64,000 nt of DNA from a virus. Made by a program: the position numbers and the translations under genes. The notes under the pieces were generated by a model. The model was not told the DNA's origin and searched no databases. It worked only from the letters and a program-made list of their open reading frames with translations. Positions 29,086 to 40,658 of the stretch are shown piece after piece (positions within the stretch are counted from its first letter, which is position 1; each line of letters begins with the position of its first letter). The DNA lies in the IMG/VR virus record IMGVR_UViG_3300022890_000014, positions 1 to 64,000 of that record; one strand, 5' to 3'.

Positions 29086-30408
29086 CTAGATGTATCCCAT
29101 GACTATTTTGTTGGAAGTATGCTCTGTCCAGTAGACTCTAAGGAGGTGTCTGTCATTGAGCAAGGGGCCACAATTCTTAGAGAAGTTGTTTCCAGACTTA
29201 TCAACAACAACAGAACCCGCAACGATTTGGGTTCCATCACCAGAACCATGACTTAATAGCCATGCTGTGGATGCACCATCAGTGGCAACAACAGTACTGG
29301 TGGTTTCGTTATAAGAGACAACTAGTCCAGCATCATACAGTGGACCCATATAGTCGAAGATTAAACCATCTTTGGAGATTGCCAAAGCAAGACCAGCATC
29401 GACACTAACAGCACCACCGTCATACTTTATCTGCACTAGGCCGATAAACACATCTTTGTATCGCTGCACATGGAACACTTCTGACTTATTTACTTGACCG
29501 AAACTTCTCTCTCCTGTCTGACCAGACAAGAGGTTTCTAATCCAGTTAGTGAAGAAGCCTAGTTTGTTCCAGTCTGCTGGAGTGGCACTATTGCATCCAA
29601 GAAGTTCAAGTCTTCCAACGTCTGCACCAACGGCAGCACCATCATTTAGGCGCATCATTGCAATGTAATCACCGGCTGCATTGAAGTAGGTTCTTGGTGC
29701 TGCAACAGCGTATGTTGCTTCTGTGACTTCACCAGTTCTGCCAATATAGGCAGCACCTTGACCAGTGTAACCAGCGTACATAGCAGGGGTGTTGGCAGCA
29801 TGCTCTGCCATCGCAGCCTTAATCCAGGTGATGCCGTCGAGAGAGTAGACCATAGCCATGTCTGTCATGTTGCCAACAACACTATTATCGACTTTGTACA
29901 TCGCGGCCCAGTTGTATGTGACGCCAGCAACAACAACGAGTCCCTGAGCATCATAGAAGACTTGCATACCCTTCATGGGATGCGCGGGGTTCGGCAAGAT
30001 TACAGTTGCATCGAGAGTGGTTGCAGCATCCCATATGATTCCATCATCAGACTGAGAGTAGAACATGGCATCAGTCACACCATCGTTATCCTGGACATAC
30101 ATGCGCCATTTCTTCTTAGGTGCAGCATCTTCGAGGGTTCCGAAGGCGAGATAATCATAAAGCACACAGGGGTACTTAGGAACAACAACACCAGACACAG
30201 CGGTAACTTGCTTTACTCTGAATGCATAAGGACTGAGATCTTTGAGGTCTCGCATGAGAGAATGAACAGGAATAAGATCTCGTTCTTCTTTCATGTTCTT
30301 AGAGACGAGTCCGAGAGAGACGTCTCTCTGTCCCATTCCTGCGCTGTGCAAGCCTGCACCCTTGTGTGTCATATTGCTGTTGGTCAAAGAGTTGTTTTGT
30401 CCGCTCAT
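29086..30408 (-). CDS. Beta-propeller (glycosidase/sialidase-like) virion protein
   Basis: Asp-box-like repeats SDDGIIW, SLDGITW, SKDGLIF. Confidence 0.6.
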   Translation of the reverse strand: MSGQNNSLTNSNMTHKGAGLHSAGMGQRDVSLGLVSKNMKEERDLIPVHSLMRDLKDLSPYAFRVKQVTAVSGVVVPKYPCVLYDYLAFGTLEDAAPKKKWRMYVQDNDGVTDAMFYSQSDDGIIWDAATTLDATVILPNPAHPMKGMQVFYDAQGLVVVAGVTYNWAAMYKVDNSVVGNMTDMAMVYSLDGITWIKAAMAEHAANTPAMYAGYTGQGAAYIGRTGEVTEATYAVAAPRTYFNAAGDYIAMMRLNDGAAVGADVGRLELLGCNSATPADWNKLGFFTNWIRNLLSGQTGERSFGQVNKSEVFHVQRYKDVFIGLVQIKYDGGAVSVDAGLALAISKDGLIFDYMGPLYDAGLVVSYNETTSTVVATDGASTAWLLSHGSGDGTQIVAGSVVVDKSGNNFSKNCGPLLNDRHLLRVYWTEHTSNKIVMGYI

Positions 30409-30520
30409 AATAATTTCCTTTTATTTAATCATTCCGGTACATACGGATACCCAGTGCGTAAGGCTTACGCACCGAGATTGACCTAATTAGATTATAGTAT
30501 AGTACGATATTGTGTGTCTG

Positions 30521-33500
30521 TCAACGCCATGATAGAGCTAGTGAGTAGAATTCGTTGTAGTTACCCTTCATCTTGACTCTTGCTCTCATAAGAGATCCAG
30601 CAGGTGATGATTCTAGTCTTGCTAGACCTTTATTCATTCTCTGCTTTCTTTCGTTAGCCAAGTAGTATGTAGAGATGTATTCGTTAAACATCTCTATATC
30701 TGTATCAACCCATGTAGCACCATTATCTCTGGTAACTTCCATAGACATGTCATTATTTGTCGTTCCATAGATATACATCTCAAGATAAGACGACAACACG
30801 CTATTCCATGCAAACGCAGAATATATAAACTCATTGTTTGGGAAGCTATAGTCAGGAGGGGCAGACCCATGCCACCACTTGAGATAATTCACAGCATCGT
30901 CGCCTGCTGCTGGTGCAGGAGTTAATTCAAGCCCATCTGGACTATACTCGATGTCAATAGTGGGTTCCACATCAGATACAACACCTAATACGGTTATTAT
31001 TTTTCTTTCTTTTGTTCCACCAAGATAAAAAGAACTAAGACCCGCTCTAGTAATCATTGAGTTAGCAACATGAGCAGGCCATATGGCACCAGTTATGGCT
31101 ATGGGAGTTATTGCATAACCAGGAATAGCTATTCGCTCAAAATGAGTAAGATTGCTTCCTATGTGAAATAAATCTCCTATTATTGCGTCATACCCTATAG
31201 CATGAACCCCACTTGTGTAACCAAGTGTGGCACGAAATGTAGAAGCTGCCGTTGTCTTGCTTATACTGTGTAGTGCATTTATATTAACAGCAGAAGAATT
31301 GTTCGATACACCATATAGGGTTGATGCTGCATCAAAGCATATATCGTCATAGAACCTATCGCTATCAGCCACTCTGGTTACAACACCAGTCTCTACATCG
31401 ATAGTGCCTAGCCAGCTAGTCCAAGAAACAAGAAAGGTTGTTCCTATTACATAGTATAATCCTGACGCCGTATCCCTAGCGATACCATCTATTGAAGCTA
31501 TTGCATCTGCGTGAGTCCATGATAATTCGTGTCTTTTTATCAGACCTCCTCCGACTTCGGCAACCTCTGCAACATAGAATCTTGGAGTAAGTGCTGGTGG
31601 TGAGTCTAATTCAATGTAGACTGTGTGCATTCTAGGTTCTTCATGATTGCGGGTTATCATAAGTGCATACTGAGTAGATGGATGCATTATGATAGGCTCA
31701 TCGAATTCAACCTCAAAGAGTGCTGGACCTGCTGGTACTAGGGCTGGATCGATAATTTTCTCTGCTACGATGTCCATCATTCTAGGTTGTTGTACAGATG
31801 TGGTAGTATCGCTATACATTCTTACAATCTTAACCACATGTGTATCTACTGGAGATCCAGACTTAGATAGCATGAGTCTTGCTTTTGTAGCAATAACTGA
31901 TTCTGGGCCATCTATAAAGAACCCTTGGGCTATCATAGAGTTTGCTGATGTACCGACAAGTGCTGTGCCTGTACCTACTACAGATGTAGGAACGGATGAA
32001 ACTATCAACTCTTGTTCGTCGTATGCTTCTGACTTTATAAACGCAACACCAAAGTTTGGGTCTATAGCAAGAGAAGGTGATTTAAGTATAGTTCCAACAA
32101 TAGTTTCTTCATCTGGATCTCCATATGCTGTCACATGAGATATGTTACTATAAACAGGATCTCTTAATTGCCCTATTCCTCTAGCAATACACATTACCCA
32201 TAGAATATCAGGCCAACCTGAGCTGTCTACATCATTTAACGGATCTAACTTTGCGCATACTCCAGAACCATTAATTGCTGTTGTTCCATCACTTCCAGAT
32301 ATAAACCTTCCATCCAAGCCAGAATACCACCTACTATTGGTGTGATCCCACACGTATAAATCTAGACCTCTTGCAAGCGACACATCTCCAAACTCCAAAT
32401 CAGAAGATCCAAGCCCTAATGCATATGCCTTCCTGAATGCTGATAGATACGAAGAACCAACCTTCCAGTCCATAAGCAATCCAGCTTTACCAGACATTGC
32501 AAGATATGCATCTACACTAGCACCAATAAGCATACCACCAACACATAGATTTGATTCGTTTGCTATCCATGCAGGTATATAGTTTTGACTATTAGGAATT
32601 GCATTCACTGGTTGTCTAGCATAAATTGCTGTGTATGGAGTTGCGTTCATATACATTCCATCAGCATGTATATATATAGCATTGTCAGCAGGATATCCAG
32701 TTCCAAACAAGAATGTGGCGTCTGAACAGGATTCTAGCGTTCCATTTATATTGCCACCATTTGTGTTTGCTATTGCAAGAGCTAAGACATCACCTCCTCC
32801 AGTACCATTCATAAGTCCAACTTTTAGTCTTAGTTGGATTTGTGCCCCTGCAGATACAACTGCCATGTACAAGCATGATGTAAACGCTAAGGATGCATCA
32901 GTGATCATAGAATATGGTGTTGGCCCAGAGATTGCAGCAGCACCCTGATTTACAAACACCACCTCTGAAGTTCCAGGGTATGCTTTTGTAATAGTCTTGA
33001 TGTCAGATGTTACTCCTCCATTGAGAAATTCTGACCATGATACAGATATTGCCCCGCCCATGTTGTGGATTTGAGGGATACCAATAATATCCCCCGCAGC
33101 AGAAGTCTTTACAACTCCTGTGACTATAGTAAGGGGGAATGCCACAACAAAATCCATTCCAAATATTTCCCAATTACCAGCAGCAGTATCGTATCTAGTA
33201 GCGCATATATGAACTTTACCAGCAGAACCTAGAACACACCATGTTTCGCCAAGAAGGTACGCTGTTGATGGAACCCACATCTCAAGTGAAGGAACTGTGC
33301 CGTCAGGAAGTAGGTCACTTTTATTGTGACGTGCAGTAATTATTCCCTGATCAAAATTAGCACCACCAGTGAATGCCGGTGAATACGCTGCGTCAACTTG
33401 TTGGACAAAGGATACATACAGGAATCCAGCATCACCAGCATCACTACATATCTTTGCTGTCTTTTTTCTATAAGTATCGTATGAAGCACCAGTTCCAGAC

Positions 33501-34000
33501 GATGCCTGAAAGTTCCATGTTGCATTGTATGCTACTACACCAGTATTAAATAATGCTCCAAACTGATCGAACTGAGCAATCTTCAAATAGTGCCATCCGG
33601 AACCTGAGTCTGTATATGCATACAAGACATACACGTATGAGCCAACTGCATGTACATCTAAAACTTCCTGGAGTGTCTCTGGTCCACCAGAAGAAGTAAT
33701 GAATGATTGCATGACTCCGCTAGCTGTAGCAGATACTCCATTTGGTGCTCCTAGAACACTGTAATCTAAGAGGGAGATTTCATCTTCTCCAATTGTATTT
33801 GTCGGTCTTGTTCCAAATAAATCTTTTACTTCAGCAGGAGTAGTTATTCTTCCTCTGAGGGATGTATATGACAAAGGGTCAATTGTTGGAGCTATTCTTT
33901 TTATTACTGACTCTGATGATGGAAATGACAGTGTTGATGCATCTAGAGCCTTAAACCTCTCTACTTTTAGAGCAGATCCATCATGTTGATAAGTAGGCAT
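30521..34000 (-). CDS. Large tail/receptor-binding-type protein
   Basis: 1159 aa, beta-rich, propeller-like region, TRDNGATW Asp-box. Confidence 0.6.
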   Translation of the reverse strand: MPTYQHDGSALKVERFKALDASTLSFPSSESVIKRIAPTIDPLSYTSLRGRITTPAEVKDLFGTRPTNTIGEDEISLLDYSVLGAPNGVSATASGVMQSFITSSGGPETLQEVLDVHAVGSYVYVLYAYTDSGSGWHYLKIAQFDQFGALFNTGVVAYNATWNFQASSGTGASYDTYRKKTAKICSDAGDAGFLYVSFVQQVDAAYSPAFTGGANFDQGIITARHNKSDLLPDGTVPSLEMWVPSTAYLLGETWCVLGSAGKVHICATRYDTAAGNWEIFGMDFVVAFPLTIVTGVVKTSAAGDIIGIPQIHNMGGAISVSWSEFLNGGVTSDIKTITKAYPGTSEVVFVNQGAAAISGPTPYSMITDASLAFTSCLYMAVVSAGAQIQLRLKVGLMNGTGGGDVLALAIANTNGGNINGTLESCSDATFLFGTGYPADNAIYIHADGMYMNATPYTAIYARQPVNAIPNSQNYIPAWIANESNLCVGGMLIGASVDAYLAMSGKAGLLMDWKVGSSYLSAFRKAYALGLGSSDLEFGDVSLARGLDLYVWDHTNSRWYSGLDGRFISGSDGTTAINGSGVCAKLDPLNDVDSSGWPDILWVMCIARGIGQLRDPVYSNISHVTAYGDPDEETIVGTILKSPSLAIDPNFGVAFIKSEAYDEQELIVSSVPTSVVGTGTALVGTSANSMIAQGFFIDGPESVIATKARLMLSKSGSPVDTHVVKIVRMYSDTTTSVQQPRMMDIVAEKIIDPALVPAGPALFEVEFDEPIIMHPSTQYALMITRNHEEPRMHTVYIELDSPPALTPRFYVAEVAEVGGGLIKRHELSWTHADAIASIDGIARDTASGLYYVIGTTFLVSWTSWLGTIDVETGVVTRVADSDRFYDDICFDAASTLYGVSNNSSAVNINALHSISKTTAASTFRATLGYTSGVHAIGYDAIIGDLFHIGSNLTHFERIAIPGYAITPIAITGAIWPAHVANSMITRAGLSSFYLGGTKERKIITVLGVVSDVEPTIDIEYSPDGLELTPAPAAGDDAVNYLKWWHGSAPPDYSFPNNEFIYSAFAWNSVLSSYLEMYIYGTTNNDMSMEVTRDNGATWVDTDIEMFNEYISTYYLANERKQRMNKGLARLESSPAGSLMRARVKMKGNYNEFYSLALSWR

Positions 34001-34069
34001 TTATTGTCTCCGTATTATTGCGTAAGCCTTACGCGAAAGTTCCATGTGCGTAAGGCTTACGCAATAGAT

Positions 34070-37000
34070 TTAGTGAGATTCCAAGGCATCTATGATAGAA
34101 CTATTGACGAAACCATCAACCCATCCACTAGGTAGGTTAATAAGTGGAGAAGAGTTTATAGCTTGAACTTCTGATGTCACCATAGCAAGTAGTTGTTCAT
34201 ATATACCATTGTTTAGCAGACTTATCAAGCCCTCTCTGTGAACATCCATATTTATAAACTCATCGAATCCTACAGAAACGCCAGATAGTAAAAGTCCCGC
34301 TCTTGTGCTGCTTGGATTTATTGAGAATCTACCAAATGGGTTATCCCCAGTTACAGATGATATAGTCATGTCTCCACCTGGAACAGAGGGATTACCTCTT
34401 GATACAAGAGAAGAGAACCCTCTAAAGTCTGAGACATCGTTCATTTTGAATCCAGTATTCAGACATGAACATCTTACAGATCCACCAGACACAGATTCGC
34501 ATATATTGATATGAATAGCAGCGTCAGCACCAATAGAGCCAATATCAATGTCATCAAGCCTAACCTTCTTACACATGTATGCCTCAAGGACTGTATATGT
34601 ATTCACAGAGATAGGAGTGCGATCAGTTACCTCAACATTGTTAAGTACTAATTCAGACAATTGATTAAAGCTCATAAGAGATATAGCTGCAACATTAATA
34701 TGGTTCTTTAGAACTCTAGCCTTCATCCCATCAATTCTTACACCAGCATTGTATACTGTTATGTCTGTTGCTGCTGAAGATTCAGGAATGATGTCTGCAA
34801 GATGAAGTATTCTTCCACCTTTACTTATGCGAGAAACGAATGTTTCGGTTCTAGTTGTTGGTCCAACTACCCTCACTGAACTACCGACCTTAATGCCCTT
34901 CATTTGACAATTTTCGCTTAGATAAACTTGCCTTGTTTTCTCATAGACATTGAATGTTCCATACACGCCAGTAGAGTAGCAAAGGTAGGATAATCCAGAA
35001 TCACTAGTCCTTTCGTCTACAAGTATAGCTCCAGGCATAAACTCTATGTTGGTTCCACCAGGAAAATTAAGTGATGAAGATACTATGTATAATCCAGGTC
35101 CAACAACAACTTTTCTATTGCTCTCTGGGAATACATTCTTGTCATACGAATTAAGAGACATAGACAGAGATCTACTTACTGCCTTCTGTATTCCTTCAAA
35201 CCCAGAGTATTCCCCAAAAGACTGATAACCATCACCAACATATATATCTTTAGAATCTGGTAGATTCTTCTGAGAAATCTCTACTAAGCCTGGAACTGAT
35301 ACTGAGTTTTCACTGGTTGCACTAGACGTATCACCTGGAGATGTCTCAAATAAGCGCACTTCACCGATACTCATAGCAAATGAATCGCTACCATCAGATG
35401 CTTCGTAAGGAATCAATAACTGTGCAGAGAAGTATACTTTTATGTATTCATCAGTTGTTGACGATACCATCTTAATGATAGTGTTTCCATTAACTCTGTA
35501 AACATCCCTAACTGCTCTTAGTATCCAGTTGGAATTATCTAAACTACTATATACTGTCATAACGGATAGTGGATCAATAGTGTCATCGAATCCATCAGAT
35601 TCAACATCATCTAGCAGCATTATGGCTGATACGTTTGGCTTAGTTGACATCATGCCAACAGACATGCCAGCAGCAGTGGCTACTGTTGTTGCTATTCTAG
35701 ATCCATCTCTCATTCCTATCGCGCTAGCAGAAACAGAAGATAGCACAGATGGTCCGGCAGGTGTTGCATCTGTCGCTATGTGAAGTCCTAATCCTGGGTA
35801 GTCTGGTATAGCTCCAGAAAGAACCTTTATCTCTGCTAAAAGAAACTCTTTGGATCCACTAAACACATCTGGACTAATACCATTCGGTGTTTCAGGCATG
35901 TTGCCTTCGAGTGATATTTCAAGATTAGAGAATACAGTGTCGTAAGCTCCACCATTGAATGCTGTAGCCTGAATAATAACTTCACCAGATGGATACACAT
36001 GTGTTCCAGATATTGCAGTGTATGAATCAGCCACACCAAGAGCAAATCTTGAGTTTGACATAGATTGTAATGACTTAGATAGCATGTTTGCGAACACGCT
36101 GGTTCCATTTGTTCCTAAGACAATTACTCTACCGTCCTGAAGAGCTATAACATCTGTCAAGTCTAGTACGTCTGTGACCTTGCCCTCTGTTGCTGCGATC
36201 CATCCTTCATTTATTGCAGCAATATCTGATACTTTGACTCCAAACACAGAGTACCAGTTATCATCTGCTGTATACACCTTGGCTGCTGTAAAAGCAAGTA
36301 TTTCATCATCCTCTGTTCTTACGCTAACTATCTTAGATGTCATAGAAACATTAGATAGAACACCTATGTTAGACTCTCCATACACAGTAGGATTTACTAG
36401 AGTAGTTGAATCGGACGCCTTACATGTAACATCCATCGCTCCACCACCCAGTGGTGTTCTGAAATAGAAATATCTTTCTGTCTCATACGTGCATTGAATG
36501 GAGCATCTTTGAGATGGAGTTGCATCTAAATTTGCTTCAGCTATGATAGATGAAACACCACCTGCTGCATGTCCGACAAATCGTACTGTTCTAACCAAGT
36601 CGGTAGCTATGTCGATAAACACTAGACTTACTTGCTGCGTAAGGCTTACGCAGATAGATAAGTCTCTGGAATTAGTATCTGAGATTCTTACAGGAGCGGT
36701 TATCTGCGTGTTTCCGAAAGCATCTAGCCTGCAATACCAAACTTTATTAACTCCAGATTCAGTCTCAATCCATGCAAAGTGGAATGTTCCATGTATATCT
36801 GTGGCTGAAACTAGCTCTTTGACTCCAGTATTTTGTGGAGCTATAGAAGAAGTATAGTCACCATGCTGTCCGTACTGAGAAGAGTTTGCGTAGAATCTTA
36901 TTCCTGCATTTGAAAATGGCGCTATGACATTTAGGTCTGCGAAAGCCTTCACAGTAACACCTAGATTATTAGAAACAGTACTGTTTATATCAATACCTGA

Positions 37001-38392
37001 ATTAACTGCAAGTGACAGTACTGGCGACGCCTCTGGTATTGTTCTCCCAGAGCTAGGATCAGTTGTCCTGTATCCCAGTGCGCTAGATACACCTAGTCTA
37101 TATTTCAGTGCAACTTCGCCTATTGGCTTGTTTGGAGAAACAACTCCTTCTAAGCCGTCGAGAACTTCTTCCTTAGTAGTCCTTGAGGTGATGAATAACT
37201 TGTCTATTCTTTCACCAAGAACAGGATTATTCAGAGGAACTCTAAGTAACTCGAATGATGGAACTGTGTCAACTATTGTTGTTGAATTAGCACTAACGAG
37301 CAGTGGTTTTCTTTCTTCTCCACCATCAATTCTTTTTGGAGATTTAACTACTAGTTCTGGTGGATACTTAGCCATGTCTACAAAGTAGTCTAGGCCATTT
37401 GAATAACACCCACCTTTACCTATTGCAGAAGAAACATCGTCAACACTACCCCTGATAGACTCTGCCGTGAAAGATGATGCGCTCATCCATCCAGTGAGAT
37501 GCCTTCCGTAGCTCATATATTTTACTGCTAGCACTACAGCATTTCTTGCTGATACTTGACCAACAGATATTTTGATGTTTGTTGGGCTGTCTTCTCTGTC
37601 ATCTTGCGTTTCTGCATAAAGATACAGAGGAGGAGGGTTTGCGTATAAAACATCAACTGGGTAATCAATAGTCTGAGTTGTATTAACTGAAACCTTTATA
37701 CCGTTACAGCTAAAGTTTCCTGGTGATACCTCAACATTAGGAGGAGAATACTCTGCGTATTCAAGTTCTTCTTGACCAGCGGCTAATGTAACAAACTTTT
37801 TAGTGCTGTATATCTCAAGAACTGTTGCGCTTATTCCAGCATTAACTCTGTAGATTCCCCAGTTATCTCTTGCCTCTGGTATGCTATACAGAATGCTTGA
37901 TTGATTAACAAATGTGGCCGCAGCTATTGTAACAGACGATATATTTATATATGCCGTTATCTTGAAGGCGTTAGCATTAGCTCCTTTATATACAGTGATC
38001 CATTTACCTACATCTGTAGCCGCAAACGGACTATTTACTGTATCGGTGAATGTAGTAGGAGCAACAGCAAGAACGGAACCACCAAGAAAGTTTCTTCTTT
38101 TCTCTTGATCTATCCCGCTAAATATCAGTTGATTTCCACCAACAACAAACCAGTTATTTTTTATAGAGCTAGCTAGAAATCCAGGAGAAGATAAATCTTC
38201 AAACCTTATTGCTTCTCCGGCAGACAGTATTGGCTTTCCTCTTCCAGTTAAATTTACTACTGGTCCATTCTCAGTGATCTCAAGACCGTTAAGTATTCTT
38301 CCGGTGCTTACACCGAATACCTTCTTGAATGCAGTATTTATCTCAGACGAGATATACGGTGAATTCATTTTCAAGTGTTTTGTGATACCCAT
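34070..38392 (-). CDS. Large tail protein with C-terminal beta-helix-like region
   Basis: 1440 aa; GIQKAV..VVVGPGLY..LNFP pectin-lyase-like start; PF.A.DVG domain at the N-terminus. Confidence 0.6.
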   Translation of the reverse strand: MGITKHLKMNSPYISSEINTAFKKVFGVSTGRILNGLEITENGPVVNLTGRGKPILSAGEAIRFEDLSSPGFLASSIKNNWFVVGGNQLIFSGIDQEKRRNFLGGSVLAVAPTTFTDTVNSPFAATDVGKWITVYKGANANAFKITAYINISSVTIAAATFVNQSSILYSIPEARDNWGIYRVNAGISATVLEIYSTKKFVTLAAGQEELEYAEYSPPNVEVSPGNFSCNGIKVSVNTTQTIDYPVDVLYANPPPLYLYAETQDDREDSPTNIKISVGQVSARNAVVLAVKYMSYGRHLTGWMSASSFTAESIRGSVDDVSSAIGKGGCYSNGLDYFVDMAKYPPELVVKSPKRIDGGEERKPLLVSANSTTIVDTVPSFELLRVPLNNPVLGERIDKLFITSRTTKEEVLDGLEGVVSPNKPIGEVALKYRLGVSSALGYRTTDPSSGRTIPEASPVLSLAVNSGIDINSTVSNNLGVTVKAFADLNVIAPFSNAGIRFYANSSQYGQHGDYTSSIAPQNTGVKELVSATDIHGTFHFAWIETESGVNKVWYCRLDAFGNTQITAPVRISDTNSRDLSICVSLTQQVSLVFIDIATDLVRTVRFVGHAAGGVSSIIAEANLDATPSQRCSIQCTYETERYFYFRTPLGGGAMDVTCKASDSTTLVNPTVYGESNIGVLSNVSMTSKIVSVRTEDDEILAFTAAKVYTADDNWYSVFGVKVSDIAAINEGWIAATEGKVTDVLDLTDVIALQDGRVIVLGTNGTSVFANMLSKSLQSMSNSRFALGVADSYTAISGTHVYPSGEVIIQATAFNGGAYDTVFSNLEISLEGNMPETPNGISPDVFSGSKEFLLAEIKVLSGAIPDYPGLGLHIATDATPAGPSVLSSVSASAIGMRDGSRIATTVATAAGMSVGMMSTKPNVSAIMLLDDVESDGFDDTIDPLSVMTVYSSLDNSNWILRAVRDVYRVNGNTIIKMVSSTTDEYIKVYFSAQLLIPYEASDGSDSFAMSIGEVRLFETSPGDTSSATSENSVSVPGLVEISQKNLPDSKDIYVGDGYQSFGEYSGFEGIQKAVSRSLSMSLNSYDKNVFPESNRKVVVGPGLYIVSSSLNFPGGTNIEFMPGAILVDERTSDSGLSYLCYSTGVYGTFNVYEKTRQVYLSENCQMKGIKVGSSVRVVGPTTRTETFVSRISKGGRILHLADIIPESSAATDITVYNAGVRIDGMKARVLKNHINVAAISLMSFNQLSELVLNNVEVTDRTPISVNTYTVLEAYMCKKVRLDDIDIGSIGADAAIHINICESVSGGSVRCSCLNTGFKMNDVSDFRGFSSLVSRGNPSVPGGDMTISSVTGDNPFGRFSINPSSTRAGLLLSGVSVGFDEFINMDVHREGLISLLNNGIYEQLLAMVTSEVQAINSSPLINLPSGWVDGFVNSSIIDALESH

Positions 38393-38437
38393 CTATTATC
38401 CTTGCGTAAGGCTTACGCGTCCTGGTTAGGATTGTGT

Positions 38438-39955
38438 CTACGCATCTCTTTCGACTACGATTCTATACACGCTATTTGCCTGGACAGCTTCATACGACGC
38501 ATCTATGTTATGATCATTTGGAAATGTGGTTCCCTGAGCTTTTCTTTGGTATGCATAGCCACCAGCAACAGGAAGCTTGGCTCCATATACAATTTCAATA
38601 GACTGTCTGGTCACATAGCCAAACCATCCACTTACTCCTGCTGGCGCAACAGTTGTTCCACCAAGTCTTTGCTCAAAAGGAAGCTCTTGGACATCATAGA
38701 TATGCCCCACTGCATTCTTTCTTGCAGTGAAAACTCTAGTCTTCATAGGTGTGGCAGCTTTATCTCCACCGACATGAGTAGGCATAAAACCAACACCAAC
38801 CATGTGGTTTGTTGCAGCTACCGAAGCAGGATTTGTTCCAGCTATTGCTGGTGCTGCTGTCCACCCGCTGTTATATTCTCCATTAGCTCTGTATGCGAAC
38901 GGAGTTATTACTGTGGCTGCTCCATTCCATTGAACTTCACCAATGTAAGCTCTTCCACTTGATGCTGCTGGATCTGGACATACTTCAAAGTATTCTGTTC
39001 CGACCACTGTAACTGACTGGTGGGACAGTTTTGCGGCGAACGGATTTATAATAGTGAAGTTGAGGCCGACAACGGATGACGCATAGGCTGCGCTAATAGG
39101 AAGCCCACCAATTATTCTTACGTCTGCTGCTCCAACTGCTTCTACTATATAGTCTCCACCAATATCGAATGGAGTATAGGATGTATTCGCAGCTATCCTT
39201 ACTATGTCTCCTACCTTAGCGTCAGTAAACGCACCTACAGTAGCAGAAGTAAGGGTGTTCCATGCGCCAACAGGAGCGCCCGACTTAGCCATAACTCCAT
39301 CAACACCAGTGTATAAATCTGTTTCTGTTGCTCCACCTGGCTCAACATACAGGAAGGCTGTCTGCTTACCAGCCATAGCCCCAGTGCTAGATCCTGTAGC
39401 CTTACGTATGTTATATATTTTTCCGTCAATATTAAATTCTGCTATTGAGGAAGGGCTGAATGTTGGTATTGCGGCCGCAACAGATACAGTATCACCAGTT
39501 GTGATGATAGAGTTTCTTTTTGTGAGACCTCTTCTTGCTAGCTCTTTCTGGAGTCTATCTCTCTGGCTTGTGCCTGTGTCAACTTGTCCTTGTGATGCCC
39601 AGTAGATGTACTGCTCAAGTCGTGTAAACAACTCGAAGACTCCCTGTGATTCACCAGTTAGTCGAGAAAAGTTAGCTAAAGTGATCTCGGGCTGTGGCTT
39701 TAGTGTACCATCAGCATCAGACATCAAATCCATTCTTTTCTGTAGCGCATCAGCCGAACCAATAACTCCTGCTGGTATATCTGTCGCAACAGTATTAGTA
39801 AGGGAACCAGAAGCGTTATTAATAGATCTCATTGCGTATGAGACGGATGTATCAATTACTTCTTTGTTTGCGTTTTCTGGAACATCCCACCCATCAACAA
39901 AATCTCCATTATCTGGCTTTACTAGTTTAAGATCGCCTGGTGTTAGAGTTGACAT
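38438..39955 (-). CDS. Tail fibre-like protein
   Basis: LKLVKPDNGD..W..PENAN..VID fibre-type N-terminus; baseplate-operon context. Confidence 0.6.
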   Translation of the reverse strand: MSTLTPGDLKLVKPDNGDFVDGWDVPENANKEVIDTSVSYAMRSINNASGSLTNTVATDIPAGVIGSADALQKRMDLMSDADGTLKPQPEITLANFSRLTGESQGVFELFTRLEQYIYWASQGQVDTGTSQRDRLQKELARRGLTKRNSIITTGDTVSVAAAIPTFSPSSIAEFNIDGKIYNIRKATGSSTGAMAGKQTAFLYVEPGGATETDLYTGVDGVMAKSGAPVGAWNTLTSATVGAFTDAKVGDIVRIAANTSYTPFDIGGDYIVEAVGAADVRIIGGLPISAAYASSVVGLNFTIINPFAAKLSHQSVTVVGTEYFEVCPDPAASSGRAYIGEVQWNGAATVITPFAYRANGEYNSGWTAAPAIAGTNPASVAATNHMVGVGFMPTHVGGDKAATPMKTRVFTARKNAVGHIYDVQELPFEQRLGGTTVAPAGVSGWFGYVTRQSIEIVYGAKLPVAGGYAYQRKAQGTTFPNDHNIDASYEAVQANSVYRIVVERDA

Positions 39956-39998
39956 ACTTATCCTCTGTATTGTTTTGCGTAAGGCTTACGCATGAATT

Positions 39999-40628
39999 TT
40001 AAAGAACTATAAACAGGGTCCATTTTATAGTAGCTGTGATAGTCTGCCCTGGTGTAAAGGGGAATGACTTGAACGTCTTGTGTGTTATCTCTACTTCTGA
40101 TGCACTATCAACACCAGGATCTCCTGGTTTGCCAGCTACATATGTTCCTGGGATACTTGAGACAAGAGCGGCTTCATTTAGGTATTCACCAGCATTGGCG
40201 GGGTTGAAGTCTCCTACAATAAGATCATCACTGAGAATATCAACGATTATCTCAAGAGCATCTCCAGTTGGATGAGATGAGGATGTGATGTCCTTGATAT
40301 GCACAGGATAGAACAGGGCAGTTCTTGATTTATCAAGAGTCTTTGGTGTGAACAGATCGCTAGATGGACAGCCACCATCACCAACCACAAGTCTACATAT
40401 AGATCTTGGTGTGCCTAGTATTTCTCTAGCAGCATTGTTTCTGAGCATCTTCATGATTTCGTACTTACCTTGGGTAAGGACTACGTTATCATCTTTCTCC
40501 TCAAAAATAAGCTTGCCGTCTTTGTCACGTACATGTATTTCTACCTTTCCGTGAATCCCGACCTCATCTTCTAATTTTAGTGGTTGTTCTTTTGGTATGC
40601 CTAGTTTCGATTTCAGCCAGTTGAGCAT
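39999..40628 (-). CDS. Tail-collar/fibre attachment-like protein
   Basis: IHGKVEI..DNVVLTQG..LVVGDGG..LNEAAL..ITHKTF pattern typical of myovirus tail-collar proteins. Confidence 0.6.
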   Translation of the reverse strand: MLNWLKSKLGIPKEQPLKLEDEVGIHGKVEIHVRDKDGKLIFEEKDDNVVLTQGKYEIMKMLRNNAAREILGTPRSICRLVVGDGGCPSSDLFTPKTLDKSRTALFYPVHIKDITSSSHPTGDALEIIVDILSDDLIVGDFNPANAGEYLNEAALVSSIPGTYVAGKPGDPGVDSASEVEITHKTFKSFPFTPGQTITATIKWTLFIVL

Positions 40629-40658
40629 TATTTATATCCTCTTTGTATGTTTGAGGAT

